64,000 nt of DNA, taken from NCBI GenBank assembly GCA_013265495.1, contig MU058289.1, positions 744,001 through 808,000 on the forward strand. Direction: 5' to 3'. The notes under the pieces were generated by a model, which made no database searches, was not told the origin of the DNA, and was given only the letters and a program-made list of their open reading frames with translations. This DNA comes from Vicugna vicugna (lineage: Eukaryota). Below are positions 46,401 to 58,539 of this stretch, in pieces. How positions within the stretch are numbered: position 1 is the first letter of the stretch; each line of letters opens with the position of its first letter. The position numbers and the translations under genes were made by a program.

Positions 46401-49400
46401 TCATGACACCCCCCGTGACTCCAGGACCTTGCAGAGAGGGAAAACAGACTGCTCATCTGAGGTCACATGGTAGGAGGGACAGGGCTGTGATTTGCATCCT
46501 GGCCCTCGGTCATCACCGACGCTGACAGCGGCCAAGTCCAGCGGCCAGTGGGCATGGAGCCCTCTATGCAGGCCGAGCCGCACAATGAATGCCGGACACA
46601 GCAGTTTGCCGGATCCCAACTCACCTTGTACAGCAGGCTCTGCTATGGCCTCATTTTACAGAGGAAACTAGGGCTGAGAGGGGAGGTCACTCACTGGGCT
46701 TCCAGACAGGTAAGGTGTCCAGCCAGGCCTCACACCCCCACCTGTCCAAGCTTGCAACAAGTGCCTTGAGTTTACTTGACCTGTGTTACACTGGAGTTAC
46801 AGCCCGTGGACACCTTGAATATCAGTATGCCAGCGCACCTCAGTCTGGATACATGGGTAATTTTTTCCGCCACCTGTTCACTGTTGGCCTAGAAATGAGC
46901 AGGGGCCGTGAGAAGAGCCCCTCTCTTGTCTCTCACCTTCTAGGTGCTCCTAACATGTAAAGTTATTTGTTTCCAGCTGTTGATGTATCATCTGTTCATC
47001 CACCAAAGATACGGTGAACTTGACAATGACAAGGGAAAAGGCGAGGTGCCCTCACTAAGAAATAGTAGAGAAAGATGCTCTCAACACGAGGGACAAGAGA
47101 ACAGACACATCTGAATACAAAGAAGTGACCAGTGTAAACTTCCACCTCAGACTTGATGAAAACAGTCATGGAAACTTCCAGACAACTGAGTGCAGAGGCG
47201 CTGGTTCACCGGGAAGCCCTCTGGAAGGCCACAGGGAACTGGCCGCACTGACGTCCTTGAGGAGGGGAAATGGGGCAGCGGGAGGAGGGAGACTCTCCCT
47301 TTCCCCACCCTGTTTTGTTGGCTTCTTCTCCTGCCATCTCTGGTCCCTCGCCCCGTCCCAGCCCTGCGGGGACCCACTCGGACGTGCCAGGTATGTCCTT
47401 CACCGGCATCCGTGGGAAAGCTGGAGTGCCTGTGTGGGTGTGAGTTGTTAAAAGCTGCAAAACTTTGGTGGGGCTGTAAACCTCGTTTGGTTACTTACCT
47501 TTTTCCACTTCAGTTTGTTTTTAAAGGGAGCTTTACTTTCCAGTAAAGAATGTTTGTACTATTTTTTTTTACCACATGCAGAGATTATCTTTTCAGAAGG
47601 AAAGACTCAAAATAGATCAAAAGTAAAAGGAAGCGAAAAGTTGAAGTATCTAAATGATAATCTAAAACAGCAGGACCTCCTTGGCCTATTTTCTCCCAAA
47701 TTGTTCCCCTCATAACCTCCAGACTGGCGAGTAGCTCTGTCCCAGGAGGCAGGCAGATGGCCGCCTCCTCCCCTTGGACCCAGGGGGAGGCCAAGTGGGG
47801 TCATACACGCGAGGGGCACTTACGAGCCTCTGGGCAGCAGCACTTGTCGGGGCAGCAGGGACACCTGACGTAACAGCAGCAGGTATGGGGGCAGCACTGA
47901 CACCAGCAGATGCCCAGGAGGAGGAAAACGAGGAAGACGGCCAGGCAGACCACGACCACGAACAGCCAGTCTGCAGAGAGATGAGGACAGGCCCTGAGCT
48001 GGGAAGCCTGGGAGGGCGCAGGGACACAGGCATGGGGGACAGTGCAGAGCTGGGGCAGGGGGTGGGGGGCGCGTTTTGCAAAGCTTGCTGGGAAGCTGCA
48101 GCCCTTGCTCGAATCTCTATGTGGAGGCTGGGGCCGCAGAGGGACACCCGCTCCTCTACAACCCAGGCCAATCCCAGAGTTAGGGAACTTGCCCTGGGCT
48201 CATCCAGACCAGGTGGTAAACGAGAGGCAACCCATCCAGAGCAAGACAAGCTATAGCCTTGAGAGGGGACAGAGAGCCAGCTGCCCAGATCCCAACCCCC
48301 AGAAGAGCATTGCAGGCACCAGTCACATGAGCCCCCTGCCTACATCCCAGCCCAGAGGACCAGCCCACAGCATCACTAGATGCTACAGAGTTGGAGTCAG
48401 GCAGGGTTAGTGGGGTCCGAGCGAGCGCTGTTTAGGGCAGGGGAGGATACTTAGACAGAAGCGGTCAGTGGTGTGTGGGGGACTCCACCCCGTACCTTCC
48501 ATGGGCCCCGCCTGAAAACCTGGTAAGAGCTCAGCCACCCCCGAGGTCCTGCCTGGAGGGACAAAAGAGAGACAGATTATGCTGGCAAGGGCCACCCAGG
48601 CCGCCCCTCTCCTGAAGCCCAGCTCCAGGCTCGTCAGGGTGGAGGTGTGCCCTGCAGCAGAGATGGGGTTGGTGGCCTAGGAGGGTCCTAGCATGCGTTT
48701 CCTGCACCCTCCCCACCCCACGTGATTGCTGTTTTCCAGAAGGTTTCCATCACATAATTTAAGTGTCTCACACTCCACAGGGGATTCTGTTGCCCCCAAA
48801 GCGTTCTAGAACATACACAATGGGTTCTGAAGGTTCAACCTCAGCTTGGGCTCTCCGTCTTTTCCACATACACGGGTCCCATCACCCCAGGGGGTTCCCT
48901 CCCAGGTGACAGGGCCAGTCCTGTTCCATCAGGCGTAGCAGGCATAGTATGCCAGGGCCCATGAAAATGTTTTAATGTGTTTTAAACTCTGAAGGAAAAA
49001 AATGTAATAATACTGAATATATAATAATGAGTTGTCTCTATAGCAATGCAATCATAAAATACTTTTCTCTTAATCCACAGGAAGTCCCATGAAGGCAAAT
49101 GTGACTATAGCCCACAAATGTCACAGTATGGCCCTGGTTCTCTGCCCACCAGGATTCCCTACCCAAGTTTCATGGCCCAGCTAGTGCCTTCCCTTCTGGG
49201 CCACCGGCCCCTCTATTCCCCACAAGCACTGTATCTCGGGGACACCTGCACAGCGGCTCTACACCAGCAAAGCTCTGTCCGGAGCTCAGCGCCCCACGGA
49301 GGGGTTCCAGCACGTAAACCAGCGGTTCTCAAAGTGTAGTCCTGTCCACAAGGCCAAACCACTCTCTGAATAACACTAAGCCATTGTTTTCGCTTCTCGT

Positions 49401-52400
49401 ACTCCTCCTCTGGTTAGAGGTGCAGGGGAGCTTTCCAGAGGCTCCGTGACACGTGCGGTGTCACTCCTCTGGTGGTGATGGGTTGTGCGCTTGTGTCCCT
49501 CATGCTTTAAAACTTTGCCGGTTTCCATTTGTGTCAGTGGGTCCTGAAACTCAATTTTGAGACATCCCGATGTAGATTGTGCCTTTTACCAAAGGACGCA
49601 CAGAGCTCTCTGGGTCACTGCTGCATGGGTTCTGTCACCCAGGCATGAACTCTGTTGCGTGATCCCTGTCATGTGTGCTCATTCACACATGAGTCACCTT
49701 GCATCACGCCTGTGATGATGGCAACGTGCGGCCCGACAGCACCTCACATATAGCGCACACCGCTCGGGACTATATGTGTTGGCTGAGAACAGAGCGTCCA
49801 GCAAATGGCAGCATCCCTTCCACACGTGGCAGAGGGTGCCTCACAACCAGGTGGGGGCTGCTGGTGGGTCCCCCAGCCTGGCCCTCCCTGGACATGTGCA
49901 GGCAGCCTTGCTTGAGGGGAGCCCTAACCAAGCAAGCCACACAGTGCCATCCCTGCAGGGCAGAAGCCTCCTCTCAGTCATACACACCATTGACCTTCCT
50001 CGCTCACTACCGATCAACCAACTGTTGCTATGTTTTTAAAAACTGAGACTGGGAAGAGGTGGAGTCCCCATTTCTCACTATTCCTAGTTTGGCTCTGGCT
50101 TATTTGAAATGTTGCGGGGTGGGGGTGGGGTCCTTGCCAGGGGTGCAGGGTACAGATAAGCCCAAGTGACTGGTGGTGCTGTGCAGGGAGAGCAAAGCAG
50201 GCGACAGAGCCCAGAGCTGGAGGGCAGACGCACAGAAGAGGCAGAAGAGGCCCCGCCCCCGCCCCCGCCCCTCAGGGCGCAGCCCACTCACCAAGGACAA
50301 TGAGCTCTGCATAGGCCTCGTTGTTCCCCTGGAGGTCCTGGGCCGAGACCACCGAGCAGTAGTACACACCGCTGTCCCCCCAAGCCGTCTGGTCAAAGGT
50401 CAGGTCAGCATCTGCATCAGGAGGAGACGAGTGAGGGCACCACGGGGCAGGGGGCGCCTGACCCCAGGCCGGGCCGGAGTCCTCCCACCTCGGGCCCAGC
50501 AGGAAGGGGGCTGCAGATGGAGCGAGTGAGAATTCAATCACTCACACCGAGGGCGAGCTACCTCCTGGACTCTGATCTCAAAACTTTACGGGTAATTTCA
50601 AGAAGCCTGTGAGGTGGGTACTGTTATCTTTCCTGTTTAGTGTAGAAGAGGTCTAGGGAGATGATTTAATCCACCTGGAATAGCACAGCTCATTGGCGTG
50701 AAGCTGGGATGGTCTCACTCTGGGGCCTTCCTGTGCCACCCCTCAGCTTCCTGGCACGACCCACCCCAGAGCCTAGTGAGGACCCAGGATAAGGAGGCAA
50801 AGATAAACAGGCCAGGTTCCAGGAATCAGGAGACGCCCAGGTGTGAGAAGGTGGGGGTGCGAGAGGGAGAGACAGACCAGCTCCCTAGTCCATCCAGCCC
50901 CCACCAGCCCCCACATTCCAGGTCAGGCCTGGGGCTTGGGGACGCTCCCCTCTGAAGCAGCCCCGGGCAAGGAGCCTGTTAATGATGCCAGTAATGAAAG
51001 TCCTTCAGCACATCCGGTTTCCTCTTGACTCCTCAAGCCCTAATTAGTTAAATCCCTTCGGCCATTCGCCACGCAGGACGGGGTGAGACTCGCTGGGCGA
51101 GACTCGCTGGGCAACTCCACCTCGGCCTGGTGATGGACAGGACATAGGAACAAGCCAGAGCAGCCGCACAGCTCATGGCAGCTCACCTCCTGACCGTTCT
51201 GGCTCCCGCGGACCCGCCTCCCACCTGCCCTCCCCCAGGCCAGCTCTGAGGACAGCCTCCGTGCGTGTGCCCCAGTCGGCGGCGCCTGGCACCCACCGGA
51301 GGATCGTCCAGTTGCTGAAGGAATGAAAGATACAGAGCCTTCTTCCTTCTTTGGAAAGAAGACCTCACATCCATAGAAAAACCTACTTTCAGCATCTGTC
51401 TACCCCATTCCAAATGCCTCACCTTGGCCCACAAGCTCCCTGGCTCAATCAGGCCACTGGTTGCTGCACCTGCCTCGGCCCTACCCCTCCCCTTGGCTCA
51501 CTAGGCTCCAACCCCACCCACCTCCTCACTGTCCCCCTCACAGGGCTCACCCAACCTGGGCTTCCGCTCGCGCTGTTCCCTCTGCTGGCTGTGTTCTCAG
51601 CCCTACAGCTGAATTATACCAGCTGGCTTAGGGGCTGGCTGCCCGCAATTCCATCCCCAGGAGAACGTGGGCTTCAGGCAAACAGAACCCAGTGTCTCTG
51701 TCACTGCTGAGTCCCCAGGGCCTGGCCAGGAACTGGAAATGGACCCCTTCCCTCCTCCCGACCTTTAGCATTCTGGGCACTTGGCTATATTCAAATAGGT
51801 GCTTGCTATTGTCATTTGATACTGGACACACGACTACTGAATGCCTCCGATGTTCCTAGCGGTATCTGAGACACCTGGTATACTAGAGAGCAATAGTTCT
51901 CAAAGTGTGACCCGTGGAACCTGGGGTTCCCCAAGACCTTTTCAGAGGATCCTTGAGGTCAAAGTTATTTTCGTAGTAATAGTGAGATATTTGCCTTTCT
52001 CGCTTAATCTCTCATGAGTGTACGATGGGGTTTTCCAGAGGCTACAGGCACGTGCTATCATGACATACTGAATGCAGAAGCAGCTTTGAGAACCCAGCTC
52101 CTCCCATTTAGCCAGATGTTAAGGAGATGGGCAAAAATAGAAAAACAATGCGGTACTTTTCCATTAAATTTTTTGTTTTGGAAAATACAGTTATTTTCTC
52201 AAAAATGTTATTTGTATTACTTGATAGAGTTCATGATTGTCATTTTAAATATTTTTTAACCTTCTCTCTGTTTTCTAGCTATAAAAACAAAGCTCTTGGA
52301 GGACGTCAGTAATGGAGTGGGGAGGGGGCCTAAGACCCGCACGTTTGAGAACCACTGCTGCAGACAGCAGCTGGAAATCCCTGCCCTTGCGGAGCTCAAC

Positions 52401-55400
52401 TCCTACCTGGAAAAGACAGACAAATAAAAACTTTAAACATATCACGGATCAGGGGGCGATAAGCAGTATGAAGGTCAGACAGGAAGAGCCTCCAGGGTGG
52501 AGGTGGGGGTTGTGCGAGTGTAAGTAATCCAGGGAGGCCTCCAGGTAAGGTGACCTTCGGAGCAGACAGGGAGAAGTGGACACGATCCCTCCACTATCCC
52601 CGCCATGGTCACACGTCCAGCCCTCAGTCACTGAGCTATGTGCTCAGTCCCTTTACCAGTATTCTTTCACAGACTCATCATAAAACTCTAAGCTACTTTC
52701 CCCAATCCTCTAGATTCTCCATTACCCACTCTCAGCCCATCCTCTTTTCCACTTATATCTTCAAATCAGACTCCTGCACATGCCAGAGTCCAGAGCTGAG
52801 GGTGGGCGAGGAGGCAGCCCTGTCACAGCACAGGCTCCTGTGGGCCGGATCCTGGCCTCACTGCATTTTGTTTGGCCTGCGTGATGTTTTCAAAATCTAT
52901 GAAAACTATGGCTTTCCGGCTTCTTTTGATCAATTCTAAGGCCTGAGCCTACCTCCTTCCTGCAAGGCGCACCCTGTTCCTGGTCTACGGCTGGTCCTAA
53001 CACCGCCTGGGCTGGGCACTGCTCTAATTGTTTGAGGTGCGGGGAGACGATGTTGGGTCTCTGGCTGGGAAGCTGGGCCTTCCTCCACCCCTCTGGGCCT
53101 CTGATTCCCCATCCGCACACAGCAGAGGCAGCCCTCGGGGTCTCAGGGGTCCTACGGGCTCTCAGGTCCAGCGCCATGAGGTGGGTGGCATGTGGGCCCC
53201 AAGCAGCCCAAAGAGGTAGAAGTGGGGCTCCTATCCAGGTGCCCATGTCACCCAAAGCTGGGAAGGATGGAAAGGGGAGCAGGACCCAACCGAGGTGAGG
53301 GACACCACTCGGTTTGCCCAAGATGACTTTCACTTTTAAAACCCAGGCAGTTGGTGACCCTAGGAACACGCAAGGGAGTTCCGCTTTTCTCCATCCGCAA
53401 AGCTGAAACGAAGGAAGCACCCACGGCTGCTGGGCTTCCTGAGAGGCCACACGCACAATGGATGTTTACAAATCACGGCCTGTATCAAACATGGGCCCAG
53501 GTCAAGACAGCTTGAAAGACCTGGGCCTGAGTTCTCTGGAGCGGGGAAAAGTCTGCCCCAGATGGAGCTGGAGGGCCCCCCTGGAGTCCTGGGCTCAGCA
53601 GAGGAGGCGTGATTCCATTAACATTGGAGCTGTCCTGACAGGGCTGCGGGGCCGCCCACTCATGCCTGGTCCAGGCTGGAGAGGTCCCTGGGTTGTGGAG
53701 TCAGGGCCTGTACAGGTTGAACCCCGAATCCCTCACCAAACTGCGCCAGAAGCCTTTTATCCTCAAGAAGAGCAGGATGCTTTGGATTGAGCTGCCCATA
53801 GAAATTCAAGGCTAGCAGGGCTGGTCCCTCCCTGGAACAGGACTGACAGGCTGGGTCCCTGTCCATGGTCTACACAGACGGAGGGGAGGAGCGCACTCCA
53901 CAGCCTGGTTTCTTAGGGTCTGCAAGGGGATGCAGGCCCCTCTTTGTCCCTCTCTGTCCCCAGGCCCCTCTCTGCCCCCAGGCCCACGATGAAAACTCTA
54001 ATCCTTGTTCAAGCAGATGAGCCTTCTCTCGCCCACTGCTGCCCAACACCTTCCTCTCTGCCCTCTAGATTTGTCAGCCCTGGTTCCTCTTCAGATCACA
54101 TTTGCAGCGGTCTTAACATGGGCGCCCGAGTCATTCCACGTAGCACAACACCCAGGTCTGCTTTCTTTGTAGCGCTTAGTACCCTATGAAATCCTCTTAC
54201 TCTATCTGCTTGTTTACTGCCAGTCTCATCCCATGAGACTGTCGCCTCCTTGAGGGCAGGGATGTCAGCTGTCCGGATCAATGCTCTATCCTCAGTACCA
54301 GAGCATCTGGCACTTAGCCGATAAACATTGAATGAATGGATGAATGAACGAGTGACTTCCCCACCACCCCTCACTTCGTCCCGACTTCCTATCGGCAGGC
54401 AGCACTACAGTCAAGGACAAGGGCTCTGAGGGCAGCCTGGGTTTGAAACCCAATTCCAGCTCTTGCCTGGCTGCACGCCAACACACACAAGAGCTACTTG
54501 CCCTCTCTATGCCTCAGCTGTCCTGAGTGTCATATGTGGGTGTGAGGACTCAAAGGGAGAATGTATGTAAAGCACTTGGCAAGTCAGAAGCTTTCTCCAC
54601 TGAAATCCCTCACCCCTTTGGTTCACCCTTGTTACCTCCTTGGTGAGTTCTTTGCTGACCTCCCTGGGCAAGCAAAGGGTTACGAGATTGGAGACGAGGC
54701 CCCAAGTGGCTGACTTAGGATCCCACCAGCTGCGAGACCCAGTGCAAGTCACCTTCCCTCTCTGGGTCTCTGCAAGATGACAGTACTAGAATCCACTCAC
54801 TCCATTACTGCGGTCTAAATGAGCTCACCCACATCAGCCTGGGTTAGAGGGTGGCGCATAGGAGTCCCTTAATAAGCTGTTACTTATATAAATTTTACTC
54901 ATTATTGCTGGTATCATCAATATGATTATAGAACCCCTGCCTCTCTCTTCATTACCACTTTTATTTTCAAGCACTTGATGGCAAGTGTGTTTATCTTGTC
55001 TGTCTCTCTCACCAGAATTCGAGGTCCAGGAGGGAAGGGATTTGATGATTTTGTTTACTGCTGTATTTCCAGGGCCTCAGACAGTGCCTGGTATATATAT
55101 TAGGTAGTCAATAAATCTTTGCTGTTAAATAAGTATAGGAATGGATGGATGGGTAAAGGAAGGTTCCCTCTCTGTCAATCCTTTCAGACCCTGGCACTGA
55201 CGAGCTTCCAGGTGGGGACTTCAGGTTGGGCATGGGGGAGCCAGTGCCACCCCCTCCCCAAGCCAGCCCAGCCCAGCTCCTTGCCTTCTCCGCTCCCCAC
55301 CCAACATACTTCCTGTGATGGTGATCCTCCGGCCCTGGTAGTAGTCTCCCAGGGTCACAGCATTGCCCTGCTTGGTGGCCACAACCCTGACGGTGCGCAC

Positions 55401-56966
55401 GCTGTCCTGGCACTCCACATAGGGGTTGTAGCCCGGGTTACCAGCCGCCAGCTGGGCGTTGAGCTGGTTGTCCACACTGGCTGGGGAGAAGGCATCTGCG
55501 ATGCGGTCCCGGCAGAAAGACTTGTACTTCCAGATCACGATGGGTGCTGTGGGGGTCGTGGTCAACTGGTAGGTGCAGGGTAGGGTCACAGGTTGGAAGA
55601 GGATCACCACGTGGTAGGGGTCTGACACAGTCACCTGGATGGCGCTAGCAGGAGCTGAGGACAAGAAGAGAGTCAGCAGGGGCCGCTGGGCTCAAGGAAG
55701 TGCTTCAGCAGGAATGCACAACATCACAGTCACCACCTTGACATTTACAAGTGTACGGTTTTACAGAGCGCCTGACACACATTGTTCCTTAATCCCCAGG
55801 ACCGGTGAGGCAGCTCTGATAATCATGCCCGTTTTATAGACCCAGGGGGCTGAAGTGGCCAGTGCGAGGTCCACAGCCAGATTCCTGGGACATCCTGTCT
55901 GTCCCTCCTTCAAGAGTGTGGCCTCTGATCCACCCCAGTCGCCTCTTCCATTGGCCATTCCCTCATGGAAAGGGCCTCTCTGTGGCCTGTACAGGGAAGC
56001 CCAAATGGCCCCTCAACGAAGCCCACAGTGCTCAAGGCCCCCCTTCAAAAACAACCACCAAGTGTCCCAAGTTACTCTGGATTTTCTGAATTTGAGGTGG
56101 TGGGGAGGTGGGGTAGATTTTGGAGTTGTTTGAACAGCTTTGCCATAAAGTAGCTACAGCTCCCATAATGTCTCTACCAACCTCCCACCTCACCCCACCC
56201 AAAGCCTTCTCTAATGAACACGCCACAAGTTGTTTGCTGAAAGATAAAGGCCTCCTGACACCCCAACCCAAATAAACATTAAATCCAGGTGAATGTTTGC
56301 CAGTTTCCAACAAAGTCCATCCCACCAGACCCTTACACACAGATACTTCAGAGCTCTCCGTTACGAGATAGGTTGGATTGGAGGGGTAGGGAGTTCCTAA
56401 TACCGCACCCACCCAAGACCAGGGCGCTGTTTCTTGATCTCTCCCTCTACGAGTCGTCTCAGCCAGCCCCGGAGTACTCTCTCACTGTTACCCCCCAGTT
56501 TGGAAACCTCGGCGCCCTCCTAAGTCCCCATCCCGGCCTTTCTCAGTGCTCGGGTGGTCCCTCACACCTATCCCACAAAGAGTCCCATTCTTCCCGCTCC
56601 AGGGTTCTCTGTCCCGGAGTTTCACTTCCTGTTATCTCTGAACAAGGGCGGGGGAGCGCTCTCAGGCGCGAATGGGGAATTCCTCTCACCCTGGCACACA
56701 CGGGATCTCCGGAGACCCCGGGGATCAGGAGGGCTTAAGTCTATGCGCTCCCCCTCCCCCAGCTCTCTTGCCTCCTCGGCGCTGTAGAAGTCCATCCATC
56801 GCCCTTCTATAGTGCCCTCCCGCCGTTCCGCGGCACCAGGGGCCCCGCTCTCCGTACCTGTGCACAAGGTGCTGAGAAAGAGCCACGCGAGGACTACCGC
56901 GCCCCAGCCCGGGGTGGCCGGAAAGGAGCCCAGCCCCCCGGAGAGTCGGCGGGCCGAAGGCGCCAT
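43366..56966 (-). CDS. LSR: Lipolysis-stimulated lipoprotein receptor / angulin-1, 594 aa; complement(join(43366..43401,43500..44116,44406..44537,44637..44696,44860..45021,47824..47970,48496..48552,50292..50411,55310..55654,56858..56966))
   Basis: Ig-V domain [24 protein letters not shown] plus Cys-rich segment, PPPY motif, C-terminal RESLVV; all GT-AG; 1785 nt. Confidence 0.97.
43500..44116 (-). CDS. LSR: LSR exon 9
   Basis: [12 protein letters not shown]...[16 protein letters not shown]. Confidence 0.96.
44406..44537 (-). CDS. LSR: LSR exon 8
   Basis: [43 protein letters not shown]. Confidence 0.95.
44637..44696 (-). CDS. LSR: LSR exon 7
   Basis: [19 protein letters not shown]. Confidence 0.93.
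44860..45021 (-). CDS. LSR: LSR exon 6
   Basis: [17 protein letters not shown]...DFDRNSS. Confidence 0.95.
47824..47970 (-). CDS. LSR: LSR exon 5 (TM and Cys-rich)
   Basis: [48 protein letters not shown]. Confidence 0.96.
48496..48552 (-). CDS. LSR: LSR exon 4 (57-nt cassette)
   Basis: [18 protein letters not shown]. Confidence 0.9.
48910..49136. mobile_element. hAT (Tip100-like) MITE
   Basis: TIR CAGGGCC...GGCCCTG around an AT-rich core. Confidence 0.45.
50292..50411 (-). CDS. LSR: LSR exon 3
   Basis: [39 protein letters not shown]. Confidence 0.96.
51891..52357. mobile_element. hAT-Charlie1-like DNA transposon derivative
   Basis: TIRs caatagttctcaaa / tttgagaaccactg; a related fragment starts near 49320. 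Confidence 0.7.
55310..55654 (-). CDS. LSR: LSR exon 2 (Ig-V)
   Basis: [13 protein letters not shown]...[11 protein letters not shown]. Confidence 0.97.
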
Positions 56967-58100
56967 CGCAGCCGTCTGGGCGCGTCGGGCCCGCGCGTCC
57001 ACTCCCAGGTACCGGGAGGGTAGGGGGCGCGGCGCGCACCAAGCCTGGGAGGGGTACCTGCTCCTCCCCTTCCCGCTTCCGTTCCTTGTTCCTATTCCAC
57101 GCCCACCCTACCCTGTTCTAGGACTTTAATGAGAGGAAACATCGTGGGCGAAGAGCACGCTTCCAGCTTTCGGGGAGAAACTTGCTTGACCCACTATGGA
57201 TCTCCAAGCTACTCCACCCCCCGTGCGCTCTGGGGAATGGATCGGCCCAGGTACACAGGACATGAACGGAGGGCAGGGCTAGGGGGTGGGCGGCGAGGAG
57301 GGGCTCCTCCACCTCCCTCCCCGGAAGTGGGCCGACCCAGGTGCACTCCAGCCCCGAGGGTCAGAACCAAGTGACCAGCCCGCCGGGAGGGCGCCTGCAG
57401 CCCAGGGATCCCGTCCGGCCCCCTCCTGCTCCAGTCATGCCGAGCGGAGTATGAATCACGAGAACCGAGACTCAACTGGGGTGATTCACCTGTTGAAGGA
57501 GGCGGACCCTGCCGCGCACCTGTTCCCTCTCTGCCCACACCCCTCTCCCTGGCTGGCGATGGACCCGCCTAGGTACACCCTGCGGGAGGAGCGAGTCTAA
57601 GCGCACTTTGGGCTGGAAGAGGCTTGTCCGTGGCGCCTGACTTTTCCACTAGCCCCGTGACTCCCCCAGTCCGGGTGGCCGGAGGCACTGCAGGCCCCTT
57701 GTGCCTTTCACTTAGATGATGTAAAGAACCTAGCGAAGTTCTCGGAAGGGAAGTGTGCCCCCTTAGGGACGCCCGAGGAGAAGTGGCCCAGGAAAAGTTG
57801 GAATTCTACTTAGTAAGTGTTCTCGGCCTTCCCTTCCCCCAACCCCCCCGCCATTCCTAGCTCTTGGTTTAGCCCCTAGGCTTCCCTCGCCCCAGGTCTG
57901 GCCTCCGGAAACTATGGCTCTTAAAGGGGCCGAGGAGGCACGGGACTAAGGACGGATTTCCGCCTAAGGATTCCTAGGAACTGGGCCACCTGCGCCGAGG
58001 GCAGGCCAGGGCGAGGCTAGGCTCCCGGAACGCATGGCGCTCAACGTAGCTCTGCTGCCCCCCGATGGCGGCGAGGGAAGCGCGTCCTGGGGAACCCTGG
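56500..58100. promoter_or_regulatory. LSR: LSR CpG-island promoter region
   Basis: CpG-rich stretch spanning exon 1. Confidence 0.7.
56858..56966 (-). CDS. LSR: LSR exon 1 coding part (signal peptide)
   Basis: gcgATGG Kozak; [11 protein letters not shown]...WLFLSTLCT; donor CAG|gtacgg. Confidence 0.88.
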
Positions 58101-58539
58101 AGTTCGAAGGATTCTCCATGGAAGTCACAAACTGGTCCCTGGCTGGCTGGCTGGCTAGGTACCCAGGGATGTTTCATTCCACCGTATCCTGTTAAAACCC
58201 AAGTTAGATCACGACCTTCAGCTCAAAACCTTCTCGTGTCTCCCACTCCCAGCAGAAATCAAAATATAGGGGACTGATCTCTCTCTGACCTCACAACTCT
58301 CCCCCTGGCGCAGTCAACTGGAGCCACCTGGTCTCCTCTGCGTTCCGGAATGTGCCTTTGACTCCCATTTAAAGCCCATTGCCCTCGCTACTCCCTCTGC
58401 GGGGATACCCTTCCCTCAGATGGCCACCTGGCCCTTCACCTCTTTTAGGGCTTCCTTAAAGATCACCTTTGCAGTGACACCTTCCCTGACAACTTTTTAT
58501 AAAATTTCAGCTGGGTCACGTCATCCCTCCTCACCATTG

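Noticed and set aside
46383..46412. 15-bp tandem duplication (and a 14-bp one at 51085-51112)
   Set aside because: Two-copy intronic slippage events with no spacers; not CRISPR-like.
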